This document shows, piece by piece, positions 10,779-21,133 of a DNA stretch of 64,000 nt. The stretch comes from an uncultured Bacteroidota bacterium (GTDB lineage Bacteria; Bacteroidota; Ignavibacteria; UBA10030; UBA6906), in the NCBI GenBank assembly GCA_963734955.1, contig CAVTJO010000006.1:411458-475457 (forward strand), written 5' to 3'. The notes under the pieces are model-generated. The model had not been told where the DNA came from. It worked only from the letters and a program-made list of their open reading frames with translations, and searched no databases. Position 1 is the stretch's first letter; every line of letters begins with the position of its first letter. The position numbers and the translations under genes are program-made.

Positions 10779-11351
10779 TTCATTGATCCTGGTTCTCAAT
10801 TAGTCAAAGAATTGGATGCAGTCCTCTTTGGAAAACCGTATTGCATCCGTGTTGAACAGTATGGAAAGGTCCGGATGAGCAACAACAGAACGGACAGTGA
10901 CTTGACGTACCGGATTCCAGCAGACTAATCTACTGCAGTCTGGACTCCAATCTCTTGTAAGATAAAGATGTTGGGGGAGGTAAGCAAAGACTTTAGGATG
11001 AAACTCCCATCGTGAGCGGAGACAGTGAAGAGTTTATCTGCAGTCTCTAATTTCCAAGTGCGAAACGAATGTGCTGGCTTATCAAGAACGTGAAGAGGAT
11101 GCTCGTATTTCCGTTCGGTGGTATAGTCAAACTTGTGTCTGCACTTAGTCCAACGTCACGCATGTGCTGCACGACAGTGCCAGCCTGCGGCTCCAGGAGA
11201 CAATGTGACGCCGCAATTTTGGGAGGGCGTGTCCGGAGTGTCAGATCATTCGACAAGCAGAGAGCATAGACGGGACTACGGCGATATTCTGTTCTGGTTT
11301 AGGCTTTCTTGAACGCAAGTTGGCGAAAGGCTGGGTTGTTGGAATTTTTGA

Positions 11352-11380
11352 TTGACTTTTGTGTTGGTCTTGGTTATATT
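11352..11380 (+). promoter_or_regulatory. Sigma-70-like promoter TTGACT-17-TATATT upstream of the Rrf2/suf operon
   Basis: Exact hexamers with 17 nt spacing, about 120 nt upstream of the Rrf2 start. Confidence 0.3.
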
Positions 11381-11501
11381 TTGGCACGAGAAACCGAGCT
11401 TCCAAAGTGGAACCATGTCTCGGAGAATTTCGTTGTAATTAATGCACGTGAGTGCTTTTTTGATGGATTGAAATAGGACTGTTTCGGTCGGGTATACAAA
11501 G

Positions 11502-11906
11502 ATGGTGCGGCTGTCGAAAAAAGTTGAATATGGTTTGATTGCGATTCGGGATATTGCAGCTCGGTCGAATGCAAATATTGTGACTGCCCGCGAGATTGCC
11601 GATACCTACAAAATTTCCTATGAGTTGTTGGCAAAGGTACTCCAGAAGATGGCAAAAGCGGGTCTTATCATCTCGCACCAGGGAGTCTATGGCGGGTATG
11701 CCCTTGCGCGCAACCCGAATGAGATCACGGTTTCCCGGATCATCAACGTCATTGAAGGCAACATGCCGATGATTGCCCAGTGCATGATTGAAGGCCCTGC
11801 AAGCTGTGGCGTATTTGATGTGTGTACAATCAAGTCCCCGTTGCACAAGGTTCAGGCAAACATCGAACGAGCGTTTGAGAGCATGACGCTTTCGGAGATT
11901 GTGTAA
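11502..11906 (+). CDS. Rrf2 family transcriptional regulator (IscR/SufR-like, Cys-containing)
   Basis: N-terminal wHTH (SKKVEYGLIAIRDIA) plus three Cys (CMIEGPASCGVFDVC), typical of Fe-S-sensing Rrf2 regulators. First gene of the suf operon. Confidence 0.8.
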   Translation: MVRLSKKVEYGLIAIRDIAARSNANIVTAREIADTYKISYELLAKVLQKMAKAGLIISHQGVYGGYALARNPNEITVSRIINVIEGNMPMIAQCMIEGPASCGVFDVCTIKSPLHKVQANIERAFESMTLSEIV

Positions 11907-13084
11907 TGTCAGCCCGGACTCCCATATATCTCGACAACCACTCGACAACCAAGGTTGATCCGCGAGTTGTCGAGGCAATGCTGCCATACTTCGGCGAGGA
12001 ATATGGCAATGCTTCAAGCAGGCATCATGCCTTCGGATGGAGCGCCGAGGCCGCTGTGGGGAATGCACGGCGTGAGCTTGCTCGGCTGATTGGCGCAGAG
12101 ACCAGTGAGATCGTCTTCACGAGCGGAGCAACGGAATCCATCAATCTCGCGCTCAAGGGGATCGCCGAAGGATACTCGTCAAAAGGGAACCACATCATTA
12201 CTGCTGCCACCGAGCACAAGGCGGTTCTCGATACGTGCAAGCGGCTAGAGCGATATGGTTTCAACATCACATATCTCGCTGTTGATGGAACGGGATTGGT
12301 CAATCCTGTCGATGTGGAACGAGCAATAACCGGCAAAACGATCCTGGTGACGGTGATGGTCGCCAATAACGAGATTGGAACGATTGCTCCGATCAAGGAG
12401 ATTGGTGCTATCTGTCGGACGGCGGGCGTTCTCTTTCACACAGATGCGACTCAAGCGGTTGGAAAGATTCCCGTCAAGGTGTCTGCCTTGAATGTGGACC
12501 TGATGTCGTTCAGTGCACACAAGATGTATGGACCCAAGGGCATCGGGGCACTCTATCTCCGCACAACCAGGCCGACGATCAATGTTACCTCACAGCTTGA
12601 CGGCGGGGGTCACGAGCGAGGAATGCGCTCAGGTACTCTGAACGTTCCCGCAATTGTTGGATTTGGGAAAGCCGGTGCGATTGCCGGAGAAGAGATGGAT
12701 TCGGAAGCCAACCGTATTTCGTCTCTCCGTGATCGCCTCGAAAACGGCATCACCTCACAGATTGATGATACGAGCATCAATGGGAATCGGAGCAACCGAC
12801 TGCCGCACAACGCAAACGTCACATTTCGAGGGACGAACGCCGACATGCTGATCATGGAAATGAAGGATATTGCAGTCTCAACCGGTTCTGCGTGCAGCTC
12901 GGCTCTCGCCAAACCGTCTCATGTGCTGAAAGCAATCGGGCTGGGCGATGAAGATGTGCTCTCGTCAATCAGGTTTGGACTCGGAAGGTTCACGACAGAA
13001 GAAGAAATTGAGTATACAATCAACAGGGTGGCGCAGAGCGTGCAGGTGCTCCGTGGGAAGGCAATGCAGTTCGCCCATTCATGA
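11906..13084 (+). CDS. Cysteine desulfurase, NifS/IscS type
   Basis: IYLDNHSTTKVDPRVVEAM...SAHKMYGPKGIGALY...SGTLNVP motifs of class-I desulfurases. TAATG overlap with the Rrf2 gene. Confidence 0.85.
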   Translation: MSARTPIYLDNHSTTKVDPRVVEAMLPYFGEEYGNASSRHHAFGWSAEAAVGNARRELARLIGAETSEIVFTSGATESINLALKGIAEGYSSKGNHIITAATEHKAVLDTCKRLERYGFNITYLAVDGTGLVNPVDVERAITGKTILVTVMVANNEIGTIAPIKEIGAICRTAGVLFHTDATQAVGKIPVKVSALNVDLMSFSAHKMYGPKGIGALYLRTTRPTINVTSQLDGGGHERGMRSGTLNVPAIVGFGKAGAIAGEEMDSEANRISSLRDRLENGITSQIDDTSINGNRSNRLPHNANVTFRGTNADMLIMEMKDIAVSTGSACSSALAKPSHVLKAIGLGDEDVLSSIRFGLGRFTTEEEIEYTINRVAQSVQVLRGKAMQFAHS

Positions 13085-13102
13085 CAATCAATCATTGGAC
13101 CC

Positions 13103-13858
13103 ATGAAACAGACCGATTACATACTTGAAAACGAACAAGAAGTATTGAACTTCCTGAAATCGAAATACCCGATGTATCACCTTTCAAACATCTTCTTCAG
13201 AGATATTCAATACGGCATTCAGACAATGCTCGACAGGAAGAACATGTCGGTCGGGTATGCAGATGCCGAAAAGATCGCGCGGGCGTTTGCAGCACAGCTG
13301 GAGAAGAAAAAAATTCTGAACCCGATTGACAAGCAGAGCTGGGTGTTGAACTATCCTGAATTCAAGAAGCCGGCAGTTAAACCTGCAGCACCCGCAAAGC
13401 CTGTTGCAAAACCTGCGGCACCTGCCGCCGCAAGACCATCGGCGACACCTGGTGGGGCAAAGCCGTCTTTACCGCCACTGAGTCGTCCCGCCGCGGGTGC
13501 AGCCAAGCCCGGCGGATTGCCTCCCATCAGCCGGCCCGCAACGGGAGCCGCTTCCACGGCAAAGCCAGGGGGATTGCCGCCGCTGAACCGCCAACCCGCA
13601 GGAGCTTCAACAAACCCGAAACAGGGTGCACTTCCACCAATCAAAAGAGCACCGGCATCGGCCCCGGCCCCGAACTCGGCATCTGAGCCCGTGTCATCGC
13701 AAGGACAAGCAGAATCGCCAGCGCCTGCTCCAGTGAAACCAGCGGTTGAAGCCCCAATCCAGGCATCCGTTGCCCCGCCACCGTCAAAACCGGTGACGCC
13801 TGGCGAAAGAAAACCGTTGCCGCCTTTGAGGAGCTCGACGCCGGTCGGGAAGAAATGA
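13103..13858 (+). CDS. Hypothetical protein: ~90 aa N-terminal domain plus Pro/Ala-rich tandem-repeat C-terminal region
   Basis: Repeats of the form AKPGGLPPISRPATGAAST / AKPGGLPPLNRQPAGAST / KQGALPPIKRAPASAPAP. Low complexity, no known family. Confidence 0.55.
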   Translation: MKQTDYILENEQEVLNFLKSKYPMYHLSNIFFRDIQYGIQTMLDRKNMSVGYADAEKIARAFAAQLEKKKILNPIDKQSWVLNYPEFKKPAVKPAAPAKPVAKPAAPAAARPSATPGGAKPSLPPLSRPAAGAAKPGGLPPISRPATGAASTAKPGGLPPLNRQPAGASTNPKQGALPPIKRAPASAPAPNSASEPVSSQGQAESPAPAPVKPAVEAPIQASVAPPPSKPVTPGERKPLPPLRSSTPVGKK

Positions 13859-13908
13859 AGATGAGTATCAGACGGAGGATTCGAGAAGGGACTAATGAGT
13901 GAGACGCA

Positions 13909-15354
13909 ATGAACACTGAGACCAACAACATAGAAGAACTTGCAAACCGCGAATACAAGTACGGCTTCGTTACAGATATTGAAAGCGACGCTGCGCCACG
14001 CGGCTTGAATGAGGACATCATCAGGTATATCTCGAAAAAGAAAGATGAGCCCAATTGGCTGACCGACTGGCGCCTAAAGGCGTATCGCCACTGGCAGTCA
14101 ATGGTAGAGCCAACGTGGCCAAACGTGCACTATCCGAAAATTGACTATCAGGATATGATTTACTACTCCGCGCCGAAGCAGTCAAATCGCCCCAGGAGTC
14201 TGAACGAGGTCGATCCTGAGCTCCGAAAGACTTACGAAAAGCTGGGCATCTCGCTCGCTGAACAGGAGCGACTGTCGGGCGTGGCCGTTGATGCCGTCTT
14301 CGATAGTGTGTCCGTGGCAACAACATTCAAGGAGAAACTTGGGGAGCTCGGCATCATCTTCTGTTCCTTCTCCGAGGCAGTGAGGGAACATCCGGAACTT
14401 GTGAAGAAGTACCTCGGTTCAGTTGTTCCGTCAAGTGATAATTTCTTTGCAGCGCTTAACTCAGCTGTCTTCAGCGATGGCTCGTTCTGCTACATTCCCA
14501 AAGGTGTACGTTGCCCCATGGAGTTATCGACGTACTTTCGTATTAACGCGGCAGAGACAGGCCAGTTTGAGAGAACCCTTATCGTTGCTGAAGAAGGTGC
14601 GTATGTCAGCTACCTCGAAGGCTGCACCGCCCCGATGCGCGATACGAATCAACTTCATGCCGCAGTTGTTGAACTGATAGCCCTGGACAATGCGCAAATC
14701 AAGTACTCAACGGTCCAAAACTGGTATCCGGGTGACAAGGAAGGGAAGGGTGGAATCTACAACTTCGTCACCAAGAGGGGCAAATGTGCCGGCGTGAATT
14801 CAAAGATCTCATGGACACAGGTGGAGACGGGTTCAGCGATCACCTGGAAATATCCGGGCTGCATCCTTCAGGGCGACAATTCTGTTGGAGAATTCTATTC
14901 CGTGGCCGTAGTGAACAACTTCCAGCAAGCCGACACCGGCACAAAGATGATTCACATCGGGAAGCATACGCGCAGCACGGTTGTCTCGAAAGGAATTTCC
15001 GCAGGTCGGGGGAACAACTCATATCGCGGACTTGTCGATATCAAAAAGAACGCAGTCAATGCCAGGAACTTCTCGCAGTGCGATTCACTGCTTCTCGGTG
15101 ACAAGTGTGGGGCTCATACGTTCCCGTACATTGAGGTAAAGAACTCAACATCGAAGGTTGAGCACGAAGCCTCAACATCGAAAATTGGTGAAGATCAGAT
15201 TTTCTATTGCAAGCAACGCGGTCTCTCGACTGAGGATGCAGTGAATATGATCGTGAACGGATTCTGCAAGGAGGTATTTCGGGAGTTGCCGATGGAGTTC
15301 GCTGTTGAAGCGCAAAAACTCCTCGGTGTCAGCCTCGAAGGCAGCGTTGGATAG
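13909..15354 (+). CDS. sufB: Fe-S cluster assembly protein SufB
   Basis: Full-length SufB homology, including the conserved C-terminal region. Confidence 0.9.
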   Translation: MNTETNNIEELANREYKYGFVTDIESDAAPRGLNEDIIRYISKKKDEPNWLTDWRLKAYRHWQSMVEPTWPNVHYPKIDYQDMIYYSAPKQSNRPRSLNEVDPELRKTYEKLGISLAEQERLSGVAVDAVFDSVSVATTFKEKLGELGIIFCSFSEAVREHPELVKKYLGSVVPSSDNFFAALNSAVFSDGSFCYIPKGVRCPMELSTYFRINAAETGQFERTLIVAEEGAYVSYLEGCTAPMRDTNQLHAAVVELIALDNAQIKYSTVQNWYPGDKEGKGGIYNFVTKRGKCAGVNSKISWTQVETGSAITWKYPGCILQGDNSVGEFYSVAVVNNFQQADTGTKMIHIGKHTRSTVVSKGISAGRGNNSYRGLVDIKKNAVNARNFSQCDSLLLGDKCGAHTFPYIEVKNSTSKVEHEASTSKIGEDQIFYCKQRGLSTEDAVNMIVNGFCKEVFRELPMEFAVEAQKLLGVSLEGSVG

Positions 15355-15385
15355 TGGTCAACTGAAAACAACAAGGACGAAGAGA

Positions 15386-16159
15386 ATGCTTGAAATAAAG
15401 AACCTTCACGCGAGCGTCGGAGGAAATGAAATCCTGAGGGGGATAAACCTCAGGGTCAATGCCGGTGAAGTGCACGCCATTATGGGCCCGAATGGATCGG
15501 GGAAGAGCACACTCGCCCAGGTTCTCGCTGGACGCGAGTCATATGTTGTAACTGAAGGCAAAGTGCTGTACGAGGGAAAGGATCTTCTTGACATGGCTCC
15601 GGAAGACAGAGCCTGCGAAGGATTGTTCCTTGCGTTCCAGTATCCGGTCGAAATTCCGGGCGTGACGAACAACTATTTTCTGAAAGCCGCGCTCAACTCG
15701 ATCAGGAAATACCGGGGGGTGGAGCCCCTCGACGCGATGGAGTTTTTGAAACTGGTAAAAGACAAGTTGAACATCATCGAAATGGATCAGAGCCTCTTGA
15801 ATCGCCCCGTGAACGAGGGTTTTTCGGGAGGTGAAAAGAAACGGAACGAGATCTTTCAGATGGCGGTGCTTGAGCCGAGGCTGGCGATACTGGACGAAAC
15901 CGACTCGGGGCTGGACATTGACGCCTTGAGAATCGTTGCCGACGGAGTGAACAAGCTCCGCAGAAAGGACAACGCAACAATCGTCGTAACACACTACCAG
16001 CGACTGCTGAATTACATCATCCCCGATGTTGTGCACGTCCTGGTCGACGGACGTATAGCGAAATCAGGAGGCAAGGAGCTGGCATTCGAGCTTGAGGAAA
16101 AAGGCTACGACTGGCTGCGCGAAGATGTTGAGCCAACAGTCCAGGTTCAGGAGAGATGA
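15386..16159 (+). CDS. sufC: Fe-S cluster assembly ATPase SufC
   Basis: Walker A GPNGSGKST, ABC signature SGGEKKR, Walker B ILDETDSGLD. Start at MLEIKNL. Confidence 0.9.
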   Translation: MLEIKNLHASVGGNEILRGINLRVNAGEVHAIMGPNGSGKSTLAQVLAGRESYVVTEGKVLYEGKDLLDMAPEDRACEGLFLAFQYPVEIPGVTNNYFLKAALNSIRKYRGVEPLDAMEFLKLVKDKLNIIEMDQSLLNRPVNEGFSGGEKKRNEIFQMAVLEPRLAILDETDSGLDIDALRIVADGVNKLRRKDNATIVVTHYQRLLNYIIPDVVHVLVDGRIAKSGGKELAFELEEKGYDWLREDVEPTVQVQER

Positions 16160-16163
16160 GTGC

Positions 16164-17510
16164 ATGCCACAAACGCCAGACAAAAATGTTGAGTGGTACC
16201 TGACGCGGTTCGAGGCGTTCGAACGAGGGTTGAACGGAGAATCGAAAACGCCAATCCATATCATGCGGCGGGCTGCGATGGCCCGGTTTGCAGAGCTTGG
16301 CTTTCCTCCGCCCAAACATGAAGAGTGGCGTTTCACGAATATCGTTCCAATTACAAAGACTCCGTTCGCACCTGCAGCACCTCCTGTGTCTGGTGAGATC
16401 AAATACCAGGCAATTGCACCCTTTACGTTCCAGAATCTCCAGTGTAGTCGCCTCGTCTTTGTGAATGGTCATTTTGTCGATGAGCTTTCGTCGACTGGAA
16501 ATCTGCCGAAAGGTGTGAGGGCGGCAAGTCTTGCAGCTAGTATGAAGTTGGATGGTGACCTATTGTACTCGCATCTCGGCAAATACGTCACAGGAGGAGA
16601 AAACGCATTCACCGCTCTCAACACCGCCTTCATGCGCGATGGGGCGTTCCTTTATATCCCCGATAACGTTGTCGCTGAGGAGCCAATTCATCTTTTGTTT
16701 GTTTCGTCAGCAACGGACTCATCATTCATCACCACACCTAGGAATCTGATCATTACAGGGAGGAACAGTCAGGTCTCGATTGTGGAAAGCTACGTCAGCT
16801 TGACCGATGTTCGATACCTCACCAACTCTGTAACGGAAATGGTGGTGGGTGATGGATCTGTTGTCGAGCACGATAAGCTTCAGGATGAAAGTCTGAACGG
16901 CTTTCATATCGGGACGACACATATTCAGCAGAGCGGGAAAAGCAGTGTCATATCAAACTCGATATCGCTGGGCGGATCGATTGTGAGGAACAATGTCACG
17001 TCGGTGCTTGCCGCCGAAGGCATCGAATGCACCCTCAACGGCCTTTCATTGGCCACGGGCCAACAGCTGATGGATAATCACACTGTCATCGATCATGCAA
17101 TGCCGAATTGCGTGAGCCATGAATTGTACAAGTCCGTGCTTGCCGGAAAGTCACGGGGCGTGTTCAACGGCAAGATCTTCGTTCGCAAGGATGCGCAAAA
17201 GACGGATGCAAAGCAGACCAACAAGACGCTTCTCCTTTCAGACGACGCAACAATGGACACGAAGCCGCAACTCGAGATATTTGCAGACGACGTGAAATGC
17301 ACTCACGGTGCAACGGTCGGGCAACTGGATGAGGAGCAGGTGTTCTACCTGCGCTCCCGCGGTATGTCGCTTGAGACAGCGCGGGACATTTTGACATTCG
17401 CCTTCGCCAGTGACGTCGTGAGCCGGATTCACATAGAACCCCTGCGCGACGAGTTGGATGCGGTCATTCAAAACAGGTTGCGGAAAGGACGTGAACAGGT
17501 GGAGGCATGA
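16164..17510 (+). CDS. sufD: Fe-S cluster assembly protein SufD
   Basis: Position after sufC plus SufBD-family C-terminal homology. Confidence 0.85.
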   Translation: MPQTPDKNVEWYLTRFEAFERGLNGESKTPIHIMRRAAMARFAELGFPPPKHEEWRFTNIVPITKTPFAPAAPPVSGEIKYQAIAPFTFQNLQCSRLVFVNGHFVDELSSTGNLPKGVRAASLAASMKLDGDLLYSHLGKYVTGGENAFTALNTAFMRDGAFLYIPDNVVAEEPIHLLFVSSATDSSFITTPRNLIITGRNSQVSIVESYVSLTDVRYLTNSVTEMVVGDGSVVEHDKLQDESLNGFHIGTTHIQQSGKSSVISNSISLGGSIVRNNVTSVLAAEGIECTLNGLSLATGQQLMDNHTVIDHAMPNCVSHELYKSVLAGKSRGVFNGKIFVRKDAQKTDAKQTNKTLLLSDDATMDTKPQLEIFADDVKCTHGATVGQLDEEQVFYLRSRGMSLETARDILTFAFASDVVSRIHIEPLRDELDAVIQNRLRKGREQVEA

Positions 17511-18772
17511 TGAATGCCAGTCTCGAAATACCGGTCGCGATGACGGATGACAAGCCGGTGAGCATTGCCGGTTGCCGTCACCAGTTCCCGCTGCTGCACG
17601 AGCGGGTGAACGGGAAGCAACTTGTTTACCTTGACAACGCGGCAACGAGCCAAAAGCCGCAGATCGTCATCGACACGATGATGCGGTACTATCAATCTGA
17701 AAATTCGAATATTCACCGCGGCGTGCATTACCTCAGTGAGAAGGCCACCCAGTCATACGAAAGAGCCCGCGACAAGGTGAGAGAGTTTCTCAACGCGCCG
17801 CACCGAGAGGAGATCATCCTCGTCCGGAACACGACCGAAGGCATCAACCTTGTCGCCTACGCGTATGGCCGTCAGAAGGTGCAGGAAGGGGATGAAGTGC
17901 TCATCTCTGCGATGGAGCATCACTCCAACATTGTTCCGTGGCAGATTCTGTGTGAAGAGAAGCGCGCATCGCTCAGGGTTATCCCGATGAACGACAATGG
18001 CGAATTGTTGCTTGATGAATACGAACACTTGCTGACGCCGCGAACAAGGATTGTCGCACTTGCACACGTTTCAAATGCTCTCGGTACAATCAATCCGGTG
18101 AAGCAGATGATCGCCGAGGCGCACAAACAGGGAATCCCCGTTCTCCTCGATGGCGCGCAAGCGGTACCTCACATGAAGGTTGATGTCCAGGATCTTGAAT
18201 GTGACTTCTACACATTTTCATCCCACAAAATGTTTGGTCCGACCGGCGTCGGGGTGTTGTTCGGAAGGAAGAGGTTGTTGAACGCAATGCCGCCATACCA
18301 GAGCGGCGGTGACATGATCAAGTCGGTGTCGTTTGAGAAAACGATTTATAATGACCTGCCGTACAAGTTCGAGGCTGGGACGCCGAATATCGCCGGTGGA
18401 TTCGGGCTGGGTGCTGCCATTGACTACGTCCAGAAGCTCGATCTCAAAGCGATCGGCGAGTATGAACGGCAACTTCTTTCCTATGCGACCGAAAGGCTTT
18501 CGGCGATTCCGGGCGTACGCATCATTGGGACTGCAAAGGACAAGGCCGCGGTGGTCTCATTTGTTATGGATGGAATTCATCCCCACGACATCGGGACGAT
18601 ACTTGATGCCGAGGGGATTGCAATCCGTACCGGACACCATTGCGCGCAACCCGTCATGCAGCGTTTTGGAATCCCGGCCACGGCGCGAGCGTCGTTTGCC
18701 TTCTACAATACCAATGATGAAATCGACATGCTCGTCAAGGGGATCTACAAGGTGAAGGAGATTCTCGGATGA
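17507..18772 (+). CDS. sufS: Cysteine desulfurase SufS (class II)
   Basis: VYLDNAATSQKP, SxHK, and RTGHHCAQP active-site motif. ATGA overlap with sufD. Confidence 0.9.
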   Translation: MMNASLEIPVAMTDDKPVSIAGCRHQFPLLHERVNGKQLVYLDNAATSQKPQIVIDTMMRYYQSENSNIHRGVHYLSEKATQSYERARDKVREFLNAPHREEIILVRNTTEGINLVAYAYGRQKVQEGDEVLISAMEHHSNIVPWQILCEEKRASLRVIPMNDNGELLLDEYEHLLTPRTRIVALAHVSNALGTINPVKQMIAEAHKQGIPVLLDGAQAVPHMKVDVQDLECDFYTFSSHKMFGPTGVGVLFGRKRLLNAMPPYQSGGDMIKSVSFEKTIYNDLPYKFEAGTPNIAGGFGLGAAIDYVQKLDLKAIGEYERQLLSYATERLSAIPGVRIIGTAKDKAAVVSFVMDGIHPHDIGTILDAEGIAIRTGHHCAQPVMQRFGIPATARASFAFYNTNDEIDMLVKGIYKVKEILG

Positions 18773-19233
18773 TGTCAGCCTTGCGCGAATTATACCAGGA
18801 AACGATCCTTGACCACAACAAAAACCCCCGCAACTTTCGCAGAATGGGTGATGCCACCCGCAAAGTGGAAGGCTACAATCCTCTCTGCGGCGATCACTAC
18901 ACAATTTACGTCAAGCTTGACAACGACAGGATTGCAGATGTCGCGTTTGATGGAGCGGGGTGTGCAATCTCGAAGGCCTCTGCCTCGGTTATGACATCCA
19001 TGCTGCGGGGAATGACGAAGATGGAGGCCGAGCGGTTGTTCCAGGATTTTCATAGACTTGTAACGGGAGGTCTCGATCCGGCCGAGCATCTTGATCACCT
19101 TGGCAAGCTTGCCGCGTTTGCAGGTGTCAGTGAGTTCCCTGCCCGCGTGAAATGCGCAAGCCTTCCCTGGCATACACTACACACCGCGCTTGAGTCGAAG
19201 AACGGCGAACGAACACCAGTGACGACGGAGTGA
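18769..19233 (+). CDS. sufU: SufU / NifU-like N-terminal domain sulfur-transfer protein
   Basis: LYQExILDHNKNPRNFRRM...NPLCGDHYTIYVKLD...GCAISKASASVMT signature. Confidence 0.8.
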   Translation: MMSALRELYQETILDHNKNPRNFRRMGDATRKVEGYNPLCGDHYTIYVKLDNDRIADVAFDGAGCAISKASASVMTSMLRGMTKMEAERLFQDFHRLVTGGLDPAEHLDHLGKLAAFAGVSEFPARVKCASLPWHTLHTALESKNGERTPVTTE

Positions 19234-19237
19234 TGAG

Positions 19238-19612
19238 ATGGACAACTCCACAAGACAGAACCAGCCAACCCCGAACATCGAAACCACACGGATCCTCAGC
19301 ACCGTGGAACAGAACATCATCCAGAGCCAGGTCGTCGAGGCCATCCGCACATGCTACGACCCCGAGATCCCGGTGAATATCTATGAGATGGGACTGGTCT
19401 ACGATGTAAGGGTTGCTGCCGATGGTGGTGTTTTGGTGGTAATGACGCTCACCTCTCCGAGTTGCCCCGCGGCGCAATCTCTTCCTCAAGAAGTCGAGAC
19501 GAAGGTGAAAGGCGTTTCAGGCGTGACCGCAGTTGTTGTGAAAGTTGTGTGGGACCCATCCTGGAATCCGAGCATGATGTCCGAGGCTGCCAAGCTGGAA
19601 CTTGGAATGTAG
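19238..19612 (+). CDS. DUF59/MIP18-family Fe-S assembly protein (SufT-like)
   Basis: DPEIPVNIYEMGLVY...MTLTSPSCPAA...VVWDPSWNPSMMSEAAKLELG. Confidence 0.7.
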   Translation: MDNSTRQNQPTPNIETTRILSTVEQNIIQSQVVEAIRTCYDPEIPVNIYEMGLVYDVRVAADGGVLVVMTLTSPSCPAAQSLPQEVETKVKGVSGVTAVVVKVVWDPSWNPSMMSEAAKLELGM

Positions 19613-19649
19613 GAATTTGTTCTTGAATGTAAACACATAAGGAGTAGTC

Positions 19650-20018
19650 ATGGCTGAAACGACGGTGCTTGACAAACCCGCAATGAATGAAGAAATCAGT
19701 CTGACCGAAAAAGCTGCCAGGCAGGTCACGAAAGTGAAGTCGGAGAATAACATCCCTGAATCTCACGGACTTCGCCTCGGTGTGAAGGGAGGGGGATGTT
19801 CCGGTCTGACGTATGTTCTTGGCTTTGATGAGAAGGCCAAAGAGAGCGACAAAGTGATGAACATCCACGGAGTGACCGTGTTTGTCGACCCGAAGAGTCT
19901 TTTCTATCTGGCGGGGACAGTTCTCGACTTCAGCGACGGCCTGAACGGGAAAGGCTTCGTGTTCAACAACCCGCAGGCTGCAAAAACATGCGGATGCGGT
20001 AGTTCATTCGGTGTATGA
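19650..20018 (+). CDS. HesB/IscA-family A-type Fe-S carrier (SufA/ErpA-like)
   Basis: GGGCSGLTY ... C-terminal CGCGSSF motif. Confidence 0.85.
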   Translation: MAETTVLDKPAMNEEISLTEKAARQVTKVKSENNIPESHGLRLGVKGGGCSGLTYVLGFDEKAKESDKVMNIHGVTVFVDPKSLFYLAGTVLDFSDGLNGKGFVFNNPQAAKTCGCGSSFGV

Positions 20019-20203
20019 AACCGGATTCTTTTGATGTATGTAGGACGATGATTGAACGTCATGGCGGCACTCTGGTGGGACGGTCATCAGGTGGGGCTCA
20101 TCCGGTGGGTTTGAAGATCCTTCACCAAAGATTCATCTCTGTTTGATCTGCAATAGTTCAATGTGCTGCTTGTTGTCACCATCTATCACTTCCCGGAGGA
20201 TTC

Positions 20204-21013
20204 ATGGAGGTTACTGATCTTCTCAGTGTGCTTTTTCGTTGGATTCATATCGTAGCCGGAGTGATGTGGGTTGGGTTCGCGTTCTGGGTCGTGTTCATTC
20301 AAATGCCGTCCGCTATGGCATTGGACATTCCAACCCAGACAAAAGTCAATCTGGCGATCCTCCCAAGGGCAATGTACTTCTTCCGATGGTCATCCATCTA
20401 CACATGGGTCGCCGGCATTCTCCTCCTGGGGTTGGTGTTTTATCACGGGGGAATAGTCTTCGAGAATCCGAGTGAGCAGGGATGGAGTGCCGCGAGTGTT
20501 TTGTCATTGATTCTTGTGTTTGGGATGTACGGCATGTACAGCCCTCTCGCTAAAAGTGGTCTGGCCAAAAATTCCATCGCATTTGGCGTGGTCTCGCTCG
20601 TTATTATCGCTGTCATGATCTACCTGATGCGGGATGTTGCCGGGTTCTCCTATCGGGCCTACAATATTCATTTGGGTGCAATGTTCGGTACCATCATGCT
20701 CGCAAACGGGATGAGATCCATTCCCGCCCAGCGAAAGATGCTTGCCGCGATGAAGGAGGGGAAACCACCCGATCAAGGTGAGATTCAACTTTTCGGAAGG
20801 ATGGCGAAACATAATGTCTATCTGTCGGTTCCGCTCATCTATACAATGATTAATGCCCACACAGTTGTTCCGGGTGCAGATAGCATTGCATATCTGTTTG
20901 GTGCAACAGTGTTGGGCTGGCTTCTTGTGCATTCATCTTTAATCGGGCCCGAAGTATCAAGATCATCCGAGAGATCTGGTATTCCTCAGGTATCAGTCGA
21001 ACGAGATACGTGA
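20204..21013 (+). CDS. Hypothetical multi-pass membrane protein (N-terminal helix HIVAGVMWVG, HemJ/CopD-like motif)
   Basis: About seven hydrophobic segments. Family uncertain. Confidence 0.5.
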   Translation: MEVTDLLSVLFRWIHIVAGVMWVGFAFWVVFIQMPSAMALDIPTQTKVNLAILPRAMYFFRWSSIYTWVAGILLLGLVFYHGGIVFENPSEQGWSAASVLSLILVFGMYGMYSPLAKSGLAKNSIAFGVVSLVIIAVMIYLMRDVAGFSYRAYNIHLGAMFGTIMLANGMRSIPAQRKMLAAMKEGKPPDQGEIQLFGRMAKHNVYLSVPLIYTMINAHTVVPGADSIAYLFGATVLGWLLVHSSLIGPEVSRSSERSGIPQVSVERDT

Positions 21014-21133
21014 AGCGACGATCATTCGTCAGGACCACGGCAGCAGCAAGTGTGACCGCGATCGTTGCACGGATGGTCCATGGAAATGAGTTCATTGGTC
21101 AATTCACTAACTTCAACAGAAGGAGGTAACACA

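Noticed and set aside
10820-10900. GGAAAGGTCCGG and ACAGAACGGAC strings reminiscent of RNase P RNA P4 motifs
   Set aside because: The two motifs are about 25 nt apart rather than the ~300 nt separation RNase P requires. Neither has the exact consensus, and the other conserved RNase P regions are absent.
13351-13644. 97 aa minus-strand Gly/Ala-rich ORF inside the Pro/Ala repeat gene
   Set aside because: It is the reverse-complement reading of the low-complexity repeat, an expected artefact.
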